A DNA stretch of 64,000 nucleotides from NCBI GenBank assembly GCA_005881885.1, contig VBDX01000130.1, positions 1,882 through 65,881 of the forward strand. Reading direction: 5' to 3'. The notes beneath the pieces were generated by a model that did not search any database, was not told the origin of the DNA, and worked only from the letters and a program-made list of their open reading frames with translations. This DNA comes from Chloroflexota bacterium (GTDB lineage: Bacteria; Chloroflexota; Limnocylindria; P2-11E). Positions 39,794 through 49,662 of the stretch are shown piece by piece (position 1 is the first letter of the stretch; each line of letters begins with the position of its first letter). The translations under genes and the position numbers were made by a program.

Positions 39794-41506
39794 ATGCCGA
39801 CGGAGGATCGCGATCTCGCGACGATCTATGACGCGATGGCCTGCGGCGTGATCGTGCGCGACGCGGCCGGTTCGGTCGTGTTCGCGAACGCCGCGGCGCT
39901 TCGCATCTTCGGCCGTCCGCCCGAACAGCTCGCCGGGACCGAGCCACCCAGCGGTGAGGACCGCCGCATCCGCGAGGACGGCACGCTCATGCCCGACGAC
40001 GAGGTGCCGAACGTCGCCGCGCAGGTGCGCGGCGAGCCGGTCCGCAACGTGATGATGGGAATGGTCCGCGCCGACGGATACGTGCGCTGGCTCCTCGTCG
40101 ACGCCGTCCCCGTGAAAGCTTCCGACGGCAGTGTGAGCGAGATCGTCTCGAGCTTCACCGACGTGACCGATCGGAAGAAGGCGGAGCAGGAGCTGCAGCG
40201 CCAGACGCTGCACGATCAGCTCACCGGACTGCCGAATCGCGTGCTCCTGCTGGATCGGCTGGAGCAGGCGGTCCGCGCCTCACGCCGCCTGAACACGCCG
40301 CTCGCGCTCCTGGTGATGGACCTCGACCGCTTCCGTCAGGTCAACGACAGCCTTGGCCACGAGGCCGGCGACGCGCTCCTGCGCGAGACCGCTGAACGCG
40401 TGCGCGGCGAGCTCCGCGACACCGACACCTTCGCTCGCCTCGGCGGTGACGAGTTCGCGATCGTCCTACCGGGGAGCGACCAGGAGGGCGCGGCAAGGGT
40501 CGCGCAGAAGGTCGTGGCGGCGCTCCAGCGCCCGTTCGAGGTCGAGGGTGGAGCGCTCGAGGTGAGCACCTCCGTCGGCATCGCGCTGTGGCCGCGTCAT
40601 GGCGAGGACGGCCAAACGCTCCTCCGCCGCGCAGACATAGCGATGTACAACGCCAAGCACACCACGGAAGGCTTCGCGGTCTACGCGGAAGAGGCCGCCG
40701 AAGAGGATGGCTCGAATCAGCTCGCCCTCATGGCCGAGCTCCGGCACGGGCTCTCGCATGACGAAGTGACCGTGATGTACCAGCCGATCATCACGATGGA
40801 CTCGCGCGCGGTCACCCGCGTCGAGGCACTCGCGCGGTGGCGCCATCGCGAACGCGGGCTCGTCCCACCCGCCGAATTCATCCCGCTCGCCGAGCGCTCG
40901 GGTCTGGTGCGCTCGCTGTTCGAGCACGTTCTCGTCACAACCCTCCGGCAGTGCCAGGCGTGGCAGACGCTCGGAATCCCGTTGCAGGGCGCGGTGAACC
41001 TTTCGATGCGGAACCTGCTCGACCCCGAGCTCGTCCCCAGCGTCTCGGCGGCGATCGAGCGGACCGGCGCGCGTCCCGAGCTCGTGGGTCTTGAGATCAC
41101 CGAGTCGATGCTCATGGCCGATCCGCAGCGGGCCATGCGCGCCGTCGAGGGGCTGCGCAAGCTCGGCGTGCAGCTCGCGATCGACGACTTCGGTGTGGGT
41201 TACTCGTCGCTCGCGTACCTGCAGCGCCTGCCGGCGTACGCGGTGAAGATCGATCGCTCGTTCGTGGGCCGCATGACGCGCGACCGGAGCAGCGAGTCGA
41301 TCGTGAAGCTCATCATCGAGCTGGGCCACTCGCTCGGGATGAAGGTGGTCGCCGAGGGCATCGAAGACCGCGCGACGTGGGATGCGTTACTCGGGCTGCG
41401 CTGCGACGCCGCGCAGGGCTACTACATCGCGAGGCCGATGGTCGCGAAGGCGATCCCGACCTGGCTCGCGAAGGGCAACCAGACCAGCACGACAAGCAGC
41501 AATTAG
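39794..41506 (+). CDS. PAS-GGDEF-EAL signalling protein
   Basis: PAS domain followed by GGDEF (RLGGDEF) and EAL (EALARW) motifs. 570 aa. Confidence 0.85.
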   Translation: MPTEDRDLATIYDAMACGVIVRDAAGSVVFANAAALRIFGRPPEQLAGTEPPSGEDRRIREDGTLMPDDEVPNVAAQVRGEPVRNVMMGMVRADGYVRWLLVDAVPVKASDGSVSEIVSSFTDVTDRKKAEQELQRQTLHDQLTGLPNRVLLLDRLEQAVRASRRLNTPLALLVMDLDRFRQVNDSLGHEAGDALLRETAERVRGELRDTDTFARLGGDEFAIVLPGSDQEGAARVAQKVVAALQRPFEVEGGALEVSTSVGIALWPRHGEDGQTLLRRADIAMYNAKHTTEGFAVYAEEAAEEDGSNQLALMAELRHGLSHDEVTVMYQPIITMDSRAVTRVEALARWRHRERGLVPPAEFIPLAERSGLVRSLFEHVLVTTLRQCQAWQTLGIPLQGAVNLSMRNLLDPELVPSVSAAIERTGARPELVGLEITESMLMADPQRAMRAVEGLRKLGVQLAIDDFGVGYSSLAYLQRLPAYAVKIDRSFVGRMTRDRSSESIVKLIIELGHSLGMKVVAEGIEDRATWDALLGLRCDAAQGYYIARPMVAKAIPTWLAKGNQTSTTSSN

Positions 41507-41563
41507 TGGGAGGTCCAGCCTGAGGGTGACCGCGGTCGAGTAAGAGCGAAGGGATGGGAGGAT

Positions 41564-43258
41564 GTGAGAGAGGGGCGCGACCTTGCCGCGATCAACGACG
41601 CGGTCACCTCCGCCGTCGTGGTGCACGACGCACGAGGCTCTGTCGTGTTTGCGAACGCCGCTGCGAGGCGGATCTTCGCCGCTGCCGCCGCGTGGCTCTT
41701 CGGAGACGGCGTCTTGGCGGAGCGCGCGCGCCTTCGCGAAGATGGAACGCCGATGCCCTACGACGAACTCCCGAGCGTGATCGCGCAGCGCCTCAACGAA
41801 ACCGTCCGAAATGTCGTGATGGGCGCCGTCGCGCCGGACGGCTCCGTCCGCTGGCTGCTCGTCGACGCGGTGCCGATCCTGGGCGACGACGGCCGCGTGC
41901 GAGAGGTCGTCTCGAGCTTGACGGACGTGACCGAGCGTAGGCTGACCGAGGACGTGCTGGAACGACGCGCCTTCTATGACCCGGTCACGGATCTTCCGAA
42001 CCGCAGCCTGCTGGAGGACCGCGTCGCCCAGGCCGAGCAAGGTGCACGGATGCTCGCTACGTCCGTCGCGCTGCTCCTCGTCAGCATCGAAGACCTGGGT
42101 CGCGTCAACGAACGCCTCGGGCACGCGGCGGGCGACGCCCTTCTGGTGGATGTGGCGACCCGCATGCAAGCGCAACTCCGCGAGCAAGACAGCCTCGCAC
42201 GCTTCGCCGCCGACGTGTTCGCGGTGCTGCTTCCAGATACGGACGAGGCCGGTGCCCAGCGGGTCGCGCGGAAGCTGCTCGCGGCACTCCGTCGCCCCTT
42301 CGAGGTCGCCGGCGAGGTCGAGGAGTTGAGCGCGTTTATCGGCATCGCGTGCTATCCCACCGTGGACGCCGAGGCCGGCACGCTTCTTCACCGGGTCGAG
42401 CTCGCATCCGAGTCGGCCCGGAGGAGCGCCACTGGTGTGGCCTCTCATCGCCGCTCCGCCGCACCCGGCGCGGACCGCCGCGCGCTCGCCGACGGTCTTC
42501 GTGGCGCGCTCGAGCGCGATGAGCTGACGATCGTGTTCCAGCCGATCGTGCGCATCAGCGACCGTCGCGCGATGGGGGTCGAGGCCCAGGCCCGATGGCC
42601 GCGCCCGCGTCGGAACTTCGTCGGGCCCGCGGAGATCGCCGCGCTCGTGGAGCGCTTCGGTCTGACCCGGGCCCTCTTCGGGCGAACCCTTCGAACTGCG
42701 CTGGCGCAGTCCGCGACATGGCGGCGCTCCGACCTCGCGCTCGGCATCGGCGTGAATCTCGCGAGCGGGAACCTGCTCGATCCGGGACTTCCCGCTCTCA
42801 TTGAAGGCGCGCTGCGCGACGCAGGCGCGTCCTCGGGCTGGCTGACGCTCGAGGTCCCTGAGAACGCGCTCGCGATCGAACCCGAACGCGCTCGCGAGAT
42901 CATTCGCGAGCTCGTCGGCATCGGAGTACACATCGCGATCGACGATTTCGGCGCGGGCTTTTCGTCGCTGTCAGTCCTGCAGCGCCTCTCCGCGGAGATC
43001 GTGAAGATCGATCGATCCCTGGTGCGGCGTCTGATCGCGGACCCGGAGAACCGGCGTATCGTCCGGATCGCCGTCGAGATCGGACATTCTCTCGGGATGC
43101 AGGTAGTCGCGAACGGTATCGAGGACACCGCGACTCTCGAGGTGCTCGTAGGTCTGGGCTGCGACCTGGCCCAGGGCACGGCGCTCGGCAGACCGATCGC
43201 GGGCGCCGCGATCCTGCCGTGGATGGCGCGTACGAATACGACGAGCTCGGACGCCTGA
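41564..43258 (+). CDS. PAS-GGDEF-EAL signalling protein (tandem paralog; degenerate A site)
   Basis: Same architecture as the upstream gene and collinear with it. The GGDEF position reads RFAADVF and the EAL motif reads EAQARW, so enzymatic activity is uncertain. Confidence 0.8.
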   Translation: MREGRDLAAINDAVTSAVVVHDARGSVVFANAAARRIFAAAAAWLFGDGVLAERARLREDGTPMPYDELPSVIAQRLNETVRNVVMGAVAPDGSVRWLLVDAVPILGDDGRVREVVSSLTDVTERRLTEDVLERRAFYDPVTDLPNRSLLEDRVAQAEQGARMLATSVALLLVSIEDLGRVNERLGHAAGDALLVDVATRMQAQLREQDSLARFAADVFAVLLPDTDEAGAQRVARKLLAALRRPFEVAGEVEELSAFIGIACYPTVDAEAGTLLHRVELASESARRSATGVASHRRSAAPGADRRALADGLRGALERDELTIVFQPIVRISDRRAMGVEAQARWPRPRRNFVGPAEIAALVERFGLTRALFGRTLRTALAQSATWRRSDLALGIGVNLASGNLLDPGLPALIEGALRDAGASSGWLTLEVPENALAIEPERAREIIRELVGIGVHIAIDDFGAGFSSLSVLQRLSAEIVKIDRSLVRRLIADPENRRIVRIAVEIGHSLGMQVVANGIEDTATLEVLVGLGCDLAQGTALGRPIAGAAILPWMARTNTTSSDA

Positions 43259-43520
43259 CACCGATCGGCCGTAGGCGCGCACGCCGTCTGGTAAGACAGA
43301 CCCGTTACCAATCTCCCGGAACGCGCCGGCCGGATCTCGCGGAACCAACCGGGGCTCTATATGAAGCACGGGCACGCGGCCCTGGTCGAGGGTGAAGGCC
43401 TGCCGCAACGTGACGGTCCGCCGGTAGCGTGTCCTCGATCGGCCCGGCGGCGAAGATCCAGCGCGGCCGAGCCCTTTCCGTATCGACCCGGCCGAGCGAT
43501 GGTCGGGCAGACTGCAGCGG

Positions 43521-44195
43521 ATGACGAGGCGGATCATCGCCTGCGGCGGCCAGCAGCTCTTCCACCCCGCGCTGACGCGCTACCTGCTGGGATTCACCGG
43601 ACGCTCACAGCCGAAGATCCTCTTCCTTCCGACCGCCTCGGGCGATAACCCCGCGTATCTGCTTACCTTCTACCAGCAGCTCGCGGGCGTGGAGTGCATG
43701 CCGTCGCATCTCGCCCTGTTCGAGCGAACCGTCGCCGACGTCGAGGGCCTCGTCCGAGCCCAGGACGTGGTCATGGTGGGCGGCGGGAATACGGCCAACA
43801 TGCTCGCGATCTGGCGCTTACACGGCGTCGAAGCCGCGCTGCGCAAGGCCTACGCGGGCGGGACGCTGCTCACGGGCTGGTCGGCCGGATGCATCTGCTG
43901 GTTCGAGGCCGGGATCACGGATTCGTTCACGCCCGCGCTCGGCCTGCTCCGCGACGGCCTCGGGCTCATCGCCGGAAGCGCCTGCCCCCACTACGACTCC
44001 GAGGAGCGGCGGCGTCCGGTGTACGCGCGCGAGATCGCGTCAGGTCTGGCGCCCGGGATCGCCATCGAGGATGGGGTCGCGGCGCGCTACGAGGACGAGC
44101 GGCTGGTCGAGATCGTGAGCGCCCGCCAGGACGGCCGGGCTTTCCGTGTGGATCCCGCCGGCGAGCACCCCCTTCCGGTGCGTGTGCTGAGTTAG
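43521..44195 (+). CDS. peptidase S51 (dipeptidase E / cyanophycinase-like) family protein
   Basis: Nucleophile segment GWSAGCI and S51-type layout. 224 aa. Confidence 0.7.
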   Translation: MTRRIIACGGQQLFHPALTRYLLGFTGRSQPKILFLPTASGDNPAYLLTFYQQLAGVECMPSHLALFERTVADVEGLVRAQDVVMVGGGNTANMLAIWRLHGVEAALRKAYAGGTLLTGWSAGCICWFEAGITDSFTPALGLLRDGLGLIAGSACPHYDSEERRRPVYAREIASGLAPGIAIEDGVAARYEDERLVEIVSARQDGRAFRVDPAGEHPLPVRVLS

Positions 44196-46018
44196 GGCAA
44201 AGGCATCGGGCTCGCGGCGTAATACGCCGCGGCGCGCTCGCGGAAGTAGCCACCGTCGTCGTCCGCGCTCAGCGAATCGCGTGCGTTGCCGTTGATCGGC
44301 GCCGGATTCGTGACGCCATCGCCCGCGGCATCGCAGGCGCAGGTACTCCCGTCTCCGCCGCGCCCGAAGAGGAACGCGATCACGCCGGCGCGTGCATAGG
44401 CGCTCAAATTCGCGCGACCCGGGTCATCGAAGAGCCACTCAACCTTGTTGTCCTGGTAGTGGTTCCAGCTGTTGTTCTCGGCGCGCATCTTCGTGTTGCC
44501 GAGCGGGATCTGCCACATGACGATCCTCTTCTGCGTGAGCGTCGAGAAGCGCGCCAGATAGCGAACGTTTCGCGCGAAGTCGTCCGGGTACCACCACGGG
44601 TCGTATACGCCGCTCCCCTCCGCGCGGGAGCGCGCGGCGTCGCGGTCGGCGAACTCGGCGAACGAGAGATCGAAGCTCGCGTGAAGCGAATTGAAGAAGC
44701 TCGCCGATCGGGCCGCGAGCGCGTCGATCTGCGGGTCGGTCGGATCCTGGACGACGGGGTCCACCGTCGTGCCCCACAGCGAGAGCTGATATGCCAGGAG
44801 GACGTTCGGCGCGTAGGTGTCCCGAAGCTTCACAATCGCCCGAGCGAAGCCGGACGCGTTATCCGGAAGACCCACGAGGTCGCCCATCCCGGTGGCGGCG
44901 ACCTGCACCAGGGTGGCTGCCGGATCGTCGCCGTTCTGATGCTGCATGAACCCCCAGAGGTCCGGCTCGACGTGCAGGACGACAGTGGTCGCGCTCTGCG
45001 TGCCGGCCCGCTGGAAGAAGAGCTTGAGATCGGCGAAGACCCCGGCCATGGTCGAGGCGTTCGCGAGATTCGCGAGATCGCCTGCGCTCTCCTCCATGGC
45101 GTTCCCCGGGGCCGAGTGGCGGACCATGTAATAGGTCAAAACCGGCGTGATCCGGTTGCTCGCAGACTCCTTTATATAGAGCACCGGGAACTGCGCGTCG
45201 GCGTCCCAGGTTGACCAGCCCTTGCCGGTGTTCACGCCGCCGGCGAGGTACTGATAGCGGAACGCGAACGGCGCGGTCGCGCGGAGCGCCGCCGCTCCGT
45301 TGGCCCCGTCGGTCATCCCTATCTCGAGCGCCCGGCTCGGCCACTTCGCAGGAAGCGGCGCAAGCGCTCCAACTGGGGCGGTGCCGGCGACCGTGACATA
45401 CCAGAAAACGCCGTAGTCCTCCATCCATTGCGCGCCTTCGATGAGTGGTCGGATCGAGAGCCGGTATGTGCCGGGAACCTGCGGCGCGATCACCGCGAAC
45501 TGGAACCATGCGACCTGATTCGGCCCGACCCATGCCGCGGGCTGAAGGGCGACGCGGTTGTAGCGCGGCCATCCCGTCGCGGGAGAGCCCTGCGTTCCGT
45601 CGCCGCCGAGCGGGCTCGCGCGGTCCTGTCCGGGATCAGGCTCCCATGTCCCGAGGTACGCGACCTCCCCGATCTTTCCCGAAGTCCAGCCGCGCGTGCC
45701 GCTGTTGTAGTAGGCGACGGTCGCCGTCGAACGACCGCCCGGGCAGAGCGTGGGATAGCCGCTCTGCCCATACCACGCCGCATGGAATCCCGGAAGGCCC
45801 GAAGGGATGTTTGCCGGTGGAGGGATGCCCGGGCCGACGCTCGGGACGCAGTCGGCGGCGGCGGGTCTCGTTGCGAGGGTGGAGGCACTCGCGGGAAACG
45901 GCAGCCAGCCGATCAGCAGGGCGACGATCGCCGCCGCGCCCAAGTGCGTGACGCTATGCCGTCCGGGGTTCTGGCTTTGCAGGATCGATCCCGAGCTCCG
46001 CCATGGCCTTCGCGACAT
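44192..46018 (-). CDS. secreted hypothetical protein (possible glycoside hydrolase-like)
   Basis: Long ORF with a signal-peptide-like segment AAAIVALLIGWLPFPASAS. The start is uncertain. M13 was chosen and overlaps the aceE 3' end by 65 bp; a TTG at 45943 would avoid the overlap. Confidence 0.5.
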   Translation of the reverse strand: MSRRPWRSSGSILQSQNPGRHSVTHLGAAAIVALLIGWLPFPASASTLATRPAAADCVPSVGPGIPPPANIPSGLPGFHAAWYGQSGYPTLCPGGRSTATVAYYNSGTRGWTSGKIGEVAYLGTWEPDPGQDRASPLGGDGTQGSPATGWPRYNRVALQPAAWVGPNQVAWFQFAVIAPQVPGTYRLSIRPLIEGAQWMEDYGVFWYVTVAGTAPVGALAPLPAKWPSRALEIGMTDGANGAAALRATAPFAFRYQYLAGGVNTGKGWSTWDADAQFPVLYIKESASNRITPVLTYYMVRHSAPGNAMEESAGDLANLANASTMAGVFADLKLFFQRAGTQSATTVVLHVEPDLWGFMQHQNGDDPAATLVQVAATGMGDLVGLPDNASGFARAIVKLRDTYAPNVLLAYQLSLWGTTVDPVVQDPTDPQIDALAARSASFFNSLHASFDLSFAEFADRDAARSRAEGSGVYDPWWYPDDFARNVRYLARFSTLTQKRIVMWQIPLGNTKMRAENNSWNHYQDNKVEWLFDDPGRANLSAYARAGVIAFLFGRGGDGSTCACDAAGDGVTNPAPINGNARDSLSADDDGGYFRERAAAYYAASPMPLP

Positions 46019-48647
46019 CTGCGGGACCGTACTGCTCGCAGAGGGCGAGCGCATGTAGCGAAGCAGTGGCGATGCTCTCGGCGTCGATCTCGAAGTGCCG
46101 GCGCAGCGCCTCGCGTGTGTCGCTGCGCCCGAAGCCGTCGGTCCCGAGCGGAACGAACGGGCTGCCGACCCACCGCGAGACCTGATCGGGCACGGCCTTC
46201 AGCCAGTCGGACGCCGCGACGATCGGGGAATGCCCGCCGAGCACCGCGGTGATCAGTGGAATCCGCGGCTCCGCCTCCGGGTGCAGACGGCTCCAGCGCT
46301 CGGCCTCGAGCGCCTCGTTCCGTAGCTGCTGGAAGCTCGTCACGCTGTAGACGTCCGCGCTCACGTCATACCGCTCCTGAAGCAGCTCCTGCGCACGGAG
46401 GACCTGGCGCATGATCGCGCCCGAGCCGAGGAGCGTCACGCGTCGTCGCCGTCCCTCCTCGCCCGGTTTGAACAGGTAGATCCCGCGGACGATCCCGTCT
46501 TCGACGCCCGCGGGCATCGCCGGCTGCGGGTAGTTCTCGTTGTAGAGGGTGAGGTAGTAGAAGATGTCCTCGCCGTCGCCGAGCATCCGCTTGATGCCGT
46601 CACGCACGATGACCGCGGTCTCGTACGCGAAGGCCGGGTCGTAGGCGCGGACGTTCGGCAGGGCGGTCGCGAGCAAATGGCTGTGCCCGTCCTCGTGCTG
46701 GAGCCCTTCGCCGTTGAGCGTCGTTCGCCCCGCGGTCGCGCCGCAGAGGAACCCTCGCCCGCGCGCGTCGCCGAAGGCCCAGATCTGATCGCCGGTGCGC
46801 TGCAATCCGAACATCGAGTAGAAAACGTAGAAGGGGAGCATCGGTTCGCCGTGCGTCGCGTAGCTCGTGCCCGCCGCGGTGAACGAGGCCATCGAACCCG
46901 ACTCGGTGATGCCTTCCTCGAGCACTTGCCCGTCGAGGGCCTCGCGATACGGCATGAGCGTTTCCGCGTCGACGGGCTCGTAGCGTTGTCCCAGCGGCGA
47001 GTAGATCCCAACCTCTTTAAAGAGGGGGTCCATGCCGAACGTGCGCGCCTCGTCGGGGATGATCGGCACGACGCGCTTGCCGATGTTCTTGTCGCGCAGC
47101 AGGTTCCGCAGCAGACGCGTGAACGCCATCGTGGTCGAGGCGGCCGCGGTGCCCGAGCCCTTGGGGAACTCCGCGAAGACGGAATCGTCCGGTAGCTGCG
47201 CCGGCTTGGCCCGGACCACACGACGCGGAGCGAAGCCGCCGAGTGCACGCCGGCGCTCGATCATGTAGCGGACCTCGGGGCTCTCCGGCCCCGGGTGGTA
47301 GTAGGGCGGATCGTCCGCGAGCTTGTCGTCGGAGATCGGAAGCTCGAGCCGGTCGCGGAAGATCTTGAGCTCCTCGACGCTCATCTTCTTGGCCTGGTGC
47401 GTGATGTTCCTCGCTTCCACCGACGGCCCCAAGGCCCATCCCTTGACCGTCTGCGCGAGCACCGCCGTGGGCGCGCCGGTGTGCTGGACCGCAGCGTGGT
47501 AGGCCGCGTAGACCTTGCGGTAGTCGTGGCCGCCGCGCCGCAAGCCGCGCAGCTGATCGTCGGAGAGGTGCTCGACGAGCTTGCGGAGCCGCGGATCCGG
47601 CCCGAAGAAGTGCTCGCGGATGTATGCCCCGTCGGCGATCGTCATGCGCTGCGATTCGCCGTCGGTCGTCTCGGCCATTTTGTTCACGAGCACGCCGTCG
47701 ACGTCGCGCGCAAGGAGATCGTCCCACTCCCGCGCCCAGAGCACCTTGATGACGTTCCAGCCCGACCCGCGGAAGACCGATTCGAGCTCCTGGATGATCT
47801 TTCCGTTGCCGCGAACCGGTCCGTCGAGGCGCTGCAGGTTGCAGTTCACGACGAACGTGAGGTTGTCGAGTCCCTCGCGGGCCGCGACGTGCAGCGCCCC
47901 AAGCGCCTCGGGCTCGTCGCACTCGCCGTCGCCGACGAACGCCCACACGCGCGATGCGGACGTGTCCTTGATGCCGCGGTGCTGCAGGTAGCGGTTGAAG
48001 CGCGCCTGGTAGATCGCCGCGAGCGGACCAAGGCCCATCGAAACAGTCGGGAACTCCCAGAACTCCGGCATGAGCCGCGGGTGCGGGTAGCTCGAGAGCC
48101 CCTCGCCGGGAACGACCTCGCGGCGAAAGTGGTCGAGCTGTGACTCGGTGAGGCGCCCCTCGACGAACGCCCGCGCGTAGATCCCCGGTGCGGCGTGCCC
48201 CTGGAAGAAGATCTGATCTCCGGCGGCGCCGTCATCTTTGCCGCGGAAGAAGTGGTTGAAGCCCACCTCGTAGAGGCTCGCCGCGGAGGCATAGGTCGCG
48301 AGGTGACCGCCAATGCCCTCGTAGTGGTGGTTCGCGCGGACGACCATCGCGACCGCGTTCCAGCGGATGAGCCGGCGGATCCTTAGCTCCATCGCCTCAT
48401 CGCCCGGAAAGTACGGCTCCTGCTCGGGCGAGATCGTGTTGATGTAGCGGGTCTGGGTGAGGGGAGGGAGGCCGATGTGGAGCATTCGCGCCCGCTTCAG
48501 GAGCTTGTAGAGGACGAAGCGCGCACGGTCGGCGCCCGATTGCCTGACGAGCGCATCAAGCGATTCGATCCACTCCTGCGTCTCGTCGGGATCGATGTCG
48601 GGAAGCTGATGCTTGAACTCGTCGAAGACGTCATGCACGTCGCGCAT
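45954..48647 (-). CDS. aceE: pyruvate dehydrogenase E1 component (homodimeric AceE type)
   Basis: MRDVHDVFDEFKHQLPDIDPDETQEWIESLD N-terminus and ThDP motif GDGECDEPE. 897 aa from the Met at aa 60 of the ORF; the upstream 59 codons are Gly/Arg-rich extension. Confidence 0.9.
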   Translation of the reverse strand: MRDVHDVFDEFKHQLPDIDPDETQEWIESLDALVRQSGADRARFVLYKLLKRARMLHIGLPPLTQTRYINTISPEQEPYFPGDEAMELRIRRLIRWNAVAMVVRANHHYEGIGGHLATYASAASLYEVGFNHFFRGKDDGAAGDQIFFQGHAAPGIYARAFVEGRLTESQLDHFRREVVPGEGLSSYPHPRLMPEFWEFPTVSMGLGPLAAIYQARFNRYLQHRGIKDTSASRVWAFVGDGECDEPEALGALHVAAREGLDNLTFVVNCNLQRLDGPVRGNGKIIQELESVFRGSGWNVIKVLWAREWDDLLARDVDGVLVNKMAETTDGESQRMTIADGAYIREHFFGPDPRLRKLVEHLSDDQLRGLRRGGHDYRKVYAAYHAAVQHTGAPTAVLAQTVKGWALGPSVEARNITHQAKKMSVEELKIFRDRLELPISDDKLADDPPYYHPGPESPEVRYMIERRRALGGFAPRRVVRAKPAQLPDDSVFAEFPKGSGTAAASTTMAFTRLLRNLLRDKNIGKRVVPIIPDEARTFGMDPLFKEVGIYSPLGQRYEPVDAETLMPYREALDGQVLEEGITESGSMASFTAAGTSYATHGEPMLPFYVFYSMFGLQRTGDQIWAFGDARGRGFLCGATAGRTTLNGEGLQHEDGHSHLLATALPNVRAYDPAFAYETAVIVRDGIKRMLGDGEDIFYYLTLYNENYPQPAMPAGVEDGIVRGIYLFKPGEEGRRRRVTLLGSGAIMRQVLRAQELLQERYDVSADVYSVTSFQQLRNEALEAERWSRLHPEAEPRIPLITAVLGGHSPIVAASDWLKAVPDQVSRWVGSPFVPLGTDGFGRSDTREALRRHFEIDAESIATASLHALALCEQYGPADVAKAMAELGIDPAKPEPRTA

Positions 48648-48785
48648 CTCACTCCAAATGGTAGGGCGGGGGTCCGAGGGGCTTGCCCCCTCGACCGTAG
48701 ACTCGATCGTGTGCAAGAGCGCCCGCGCCGTCGCCGCGTCCGATCGCGTCGGCCCCGGGCCCAGCCGCGACCGACCGAGGCCAGT

Positions 48786-48804
48786 CGGGGGGCTCTGCCC
48801 CCCG
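48786..48804. repeat. REP-like GC hairpin CGGGGGGCTCTGCCCCCCG (copy 3)
   Basis: Located in the 550-bp non-coding region upstream of aceE. Confidence 0.55.
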
Positions 48805-49198
48805 GGCCCCGCGCATCTCAACAACGTCCCGACCGCCGACTGCAGCGTCCGCGCGACCGTCGGCCGGCGCGCCCTCGCGACGAGCTTCGACCCGGAGCGG
48901 CGTGCCTGATCCTCCTCGACTGCCGTGAAGGTGAACCTGATCGCACCGGAGCGGCGGCGCTCTTCGAGGGATTTTTCGACTTCGAGTCAGGCGAGCTTCG
49001 CCGCGCGGGCAACGGCGTCCCACGGCTGCGGATCGGCGACGAGCGCCTCTGGGGATTCGAGTGCTGGTGGCGACCAGACCCGGAACGCGCCGGCCTGACC
49101 GCCTCCGATCGCGAGCAGCTGGAGACGTCGAAGCGTCTGCTCCGTGGTCTTCTCCGCGACGCGCGGCGCAGCGGGCTGCGCAGCCTGTCGGCGAGGAC

Positions 49199-49405
49199 TT
49201 AGGCCGGAGTCACCTTCTCCGCTTGCGGCTTGCCGCGGCGGGGATCCATCCCCTTCTCGTAGGACACCGACTGCCCCTCGCGGAGTGTGTCAAATGCGTC
49301 GCCTTCCACCTGCGACCGGTGGAAGAAGATGTCCGAGCCGTCTTCTGTCTGGATAAAGCCGAAGCCCCGGTCGCCGACGAGCTTCTTGATCGTCCCTGTG
49401 GCCAC
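49199..49405 (-). CDS. cspA: cold-shock protein (CspA family)
   Basis: VATGTIKKLVGDRGFGFIQTEDG..DIFFH has the RNP1/RNP2 motifs. GTG start with GGAGGA 4 nt upstream. The longer ORF N-terminus (MRPPRTPK...) is rejected. Confidence 0.85.
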   Translation of the reverse strand: MATGTIKKLVGDRGFGFIQTEDGSDIFFHRSQVEGDAFDTLREGQSVSYEKGMDPRRGKPQAEKVTPA

Positions 49406-49512
49406 TTGTCCTCCACGTGCGTGAGGCACGTTCCGTAATGTTCCGGCAACTTTAGCCCTTTCCCGGCGGCCGGGGCTCGGTTTGGGGGTTCGAGGCGGCC
49501 TCACGCGGGGGC

Positions 49513-49527
49513 CCGGGGCAGAGCCCC
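49513..49527. repeat. REP-like GC hairpin (copy 4, inverted orientation: CGGGGCAGAGCCCCG)
   Basis: Sits in the csp leader / divergent promoter region. Confidence 0.55.
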
Positions 49528-49662
49528 GAGTTCTCGGTACTAGGACCTTTCAGGTACGACCGCGCACCTGCTCCATGACTAGGCCTGATGCCGCAGGGCG
49601 CCGACGATGCGCTCTAGTCGCGCGTGGTGAGGACGAGATGGGCGCGCGACGCAGGGGAGCGT

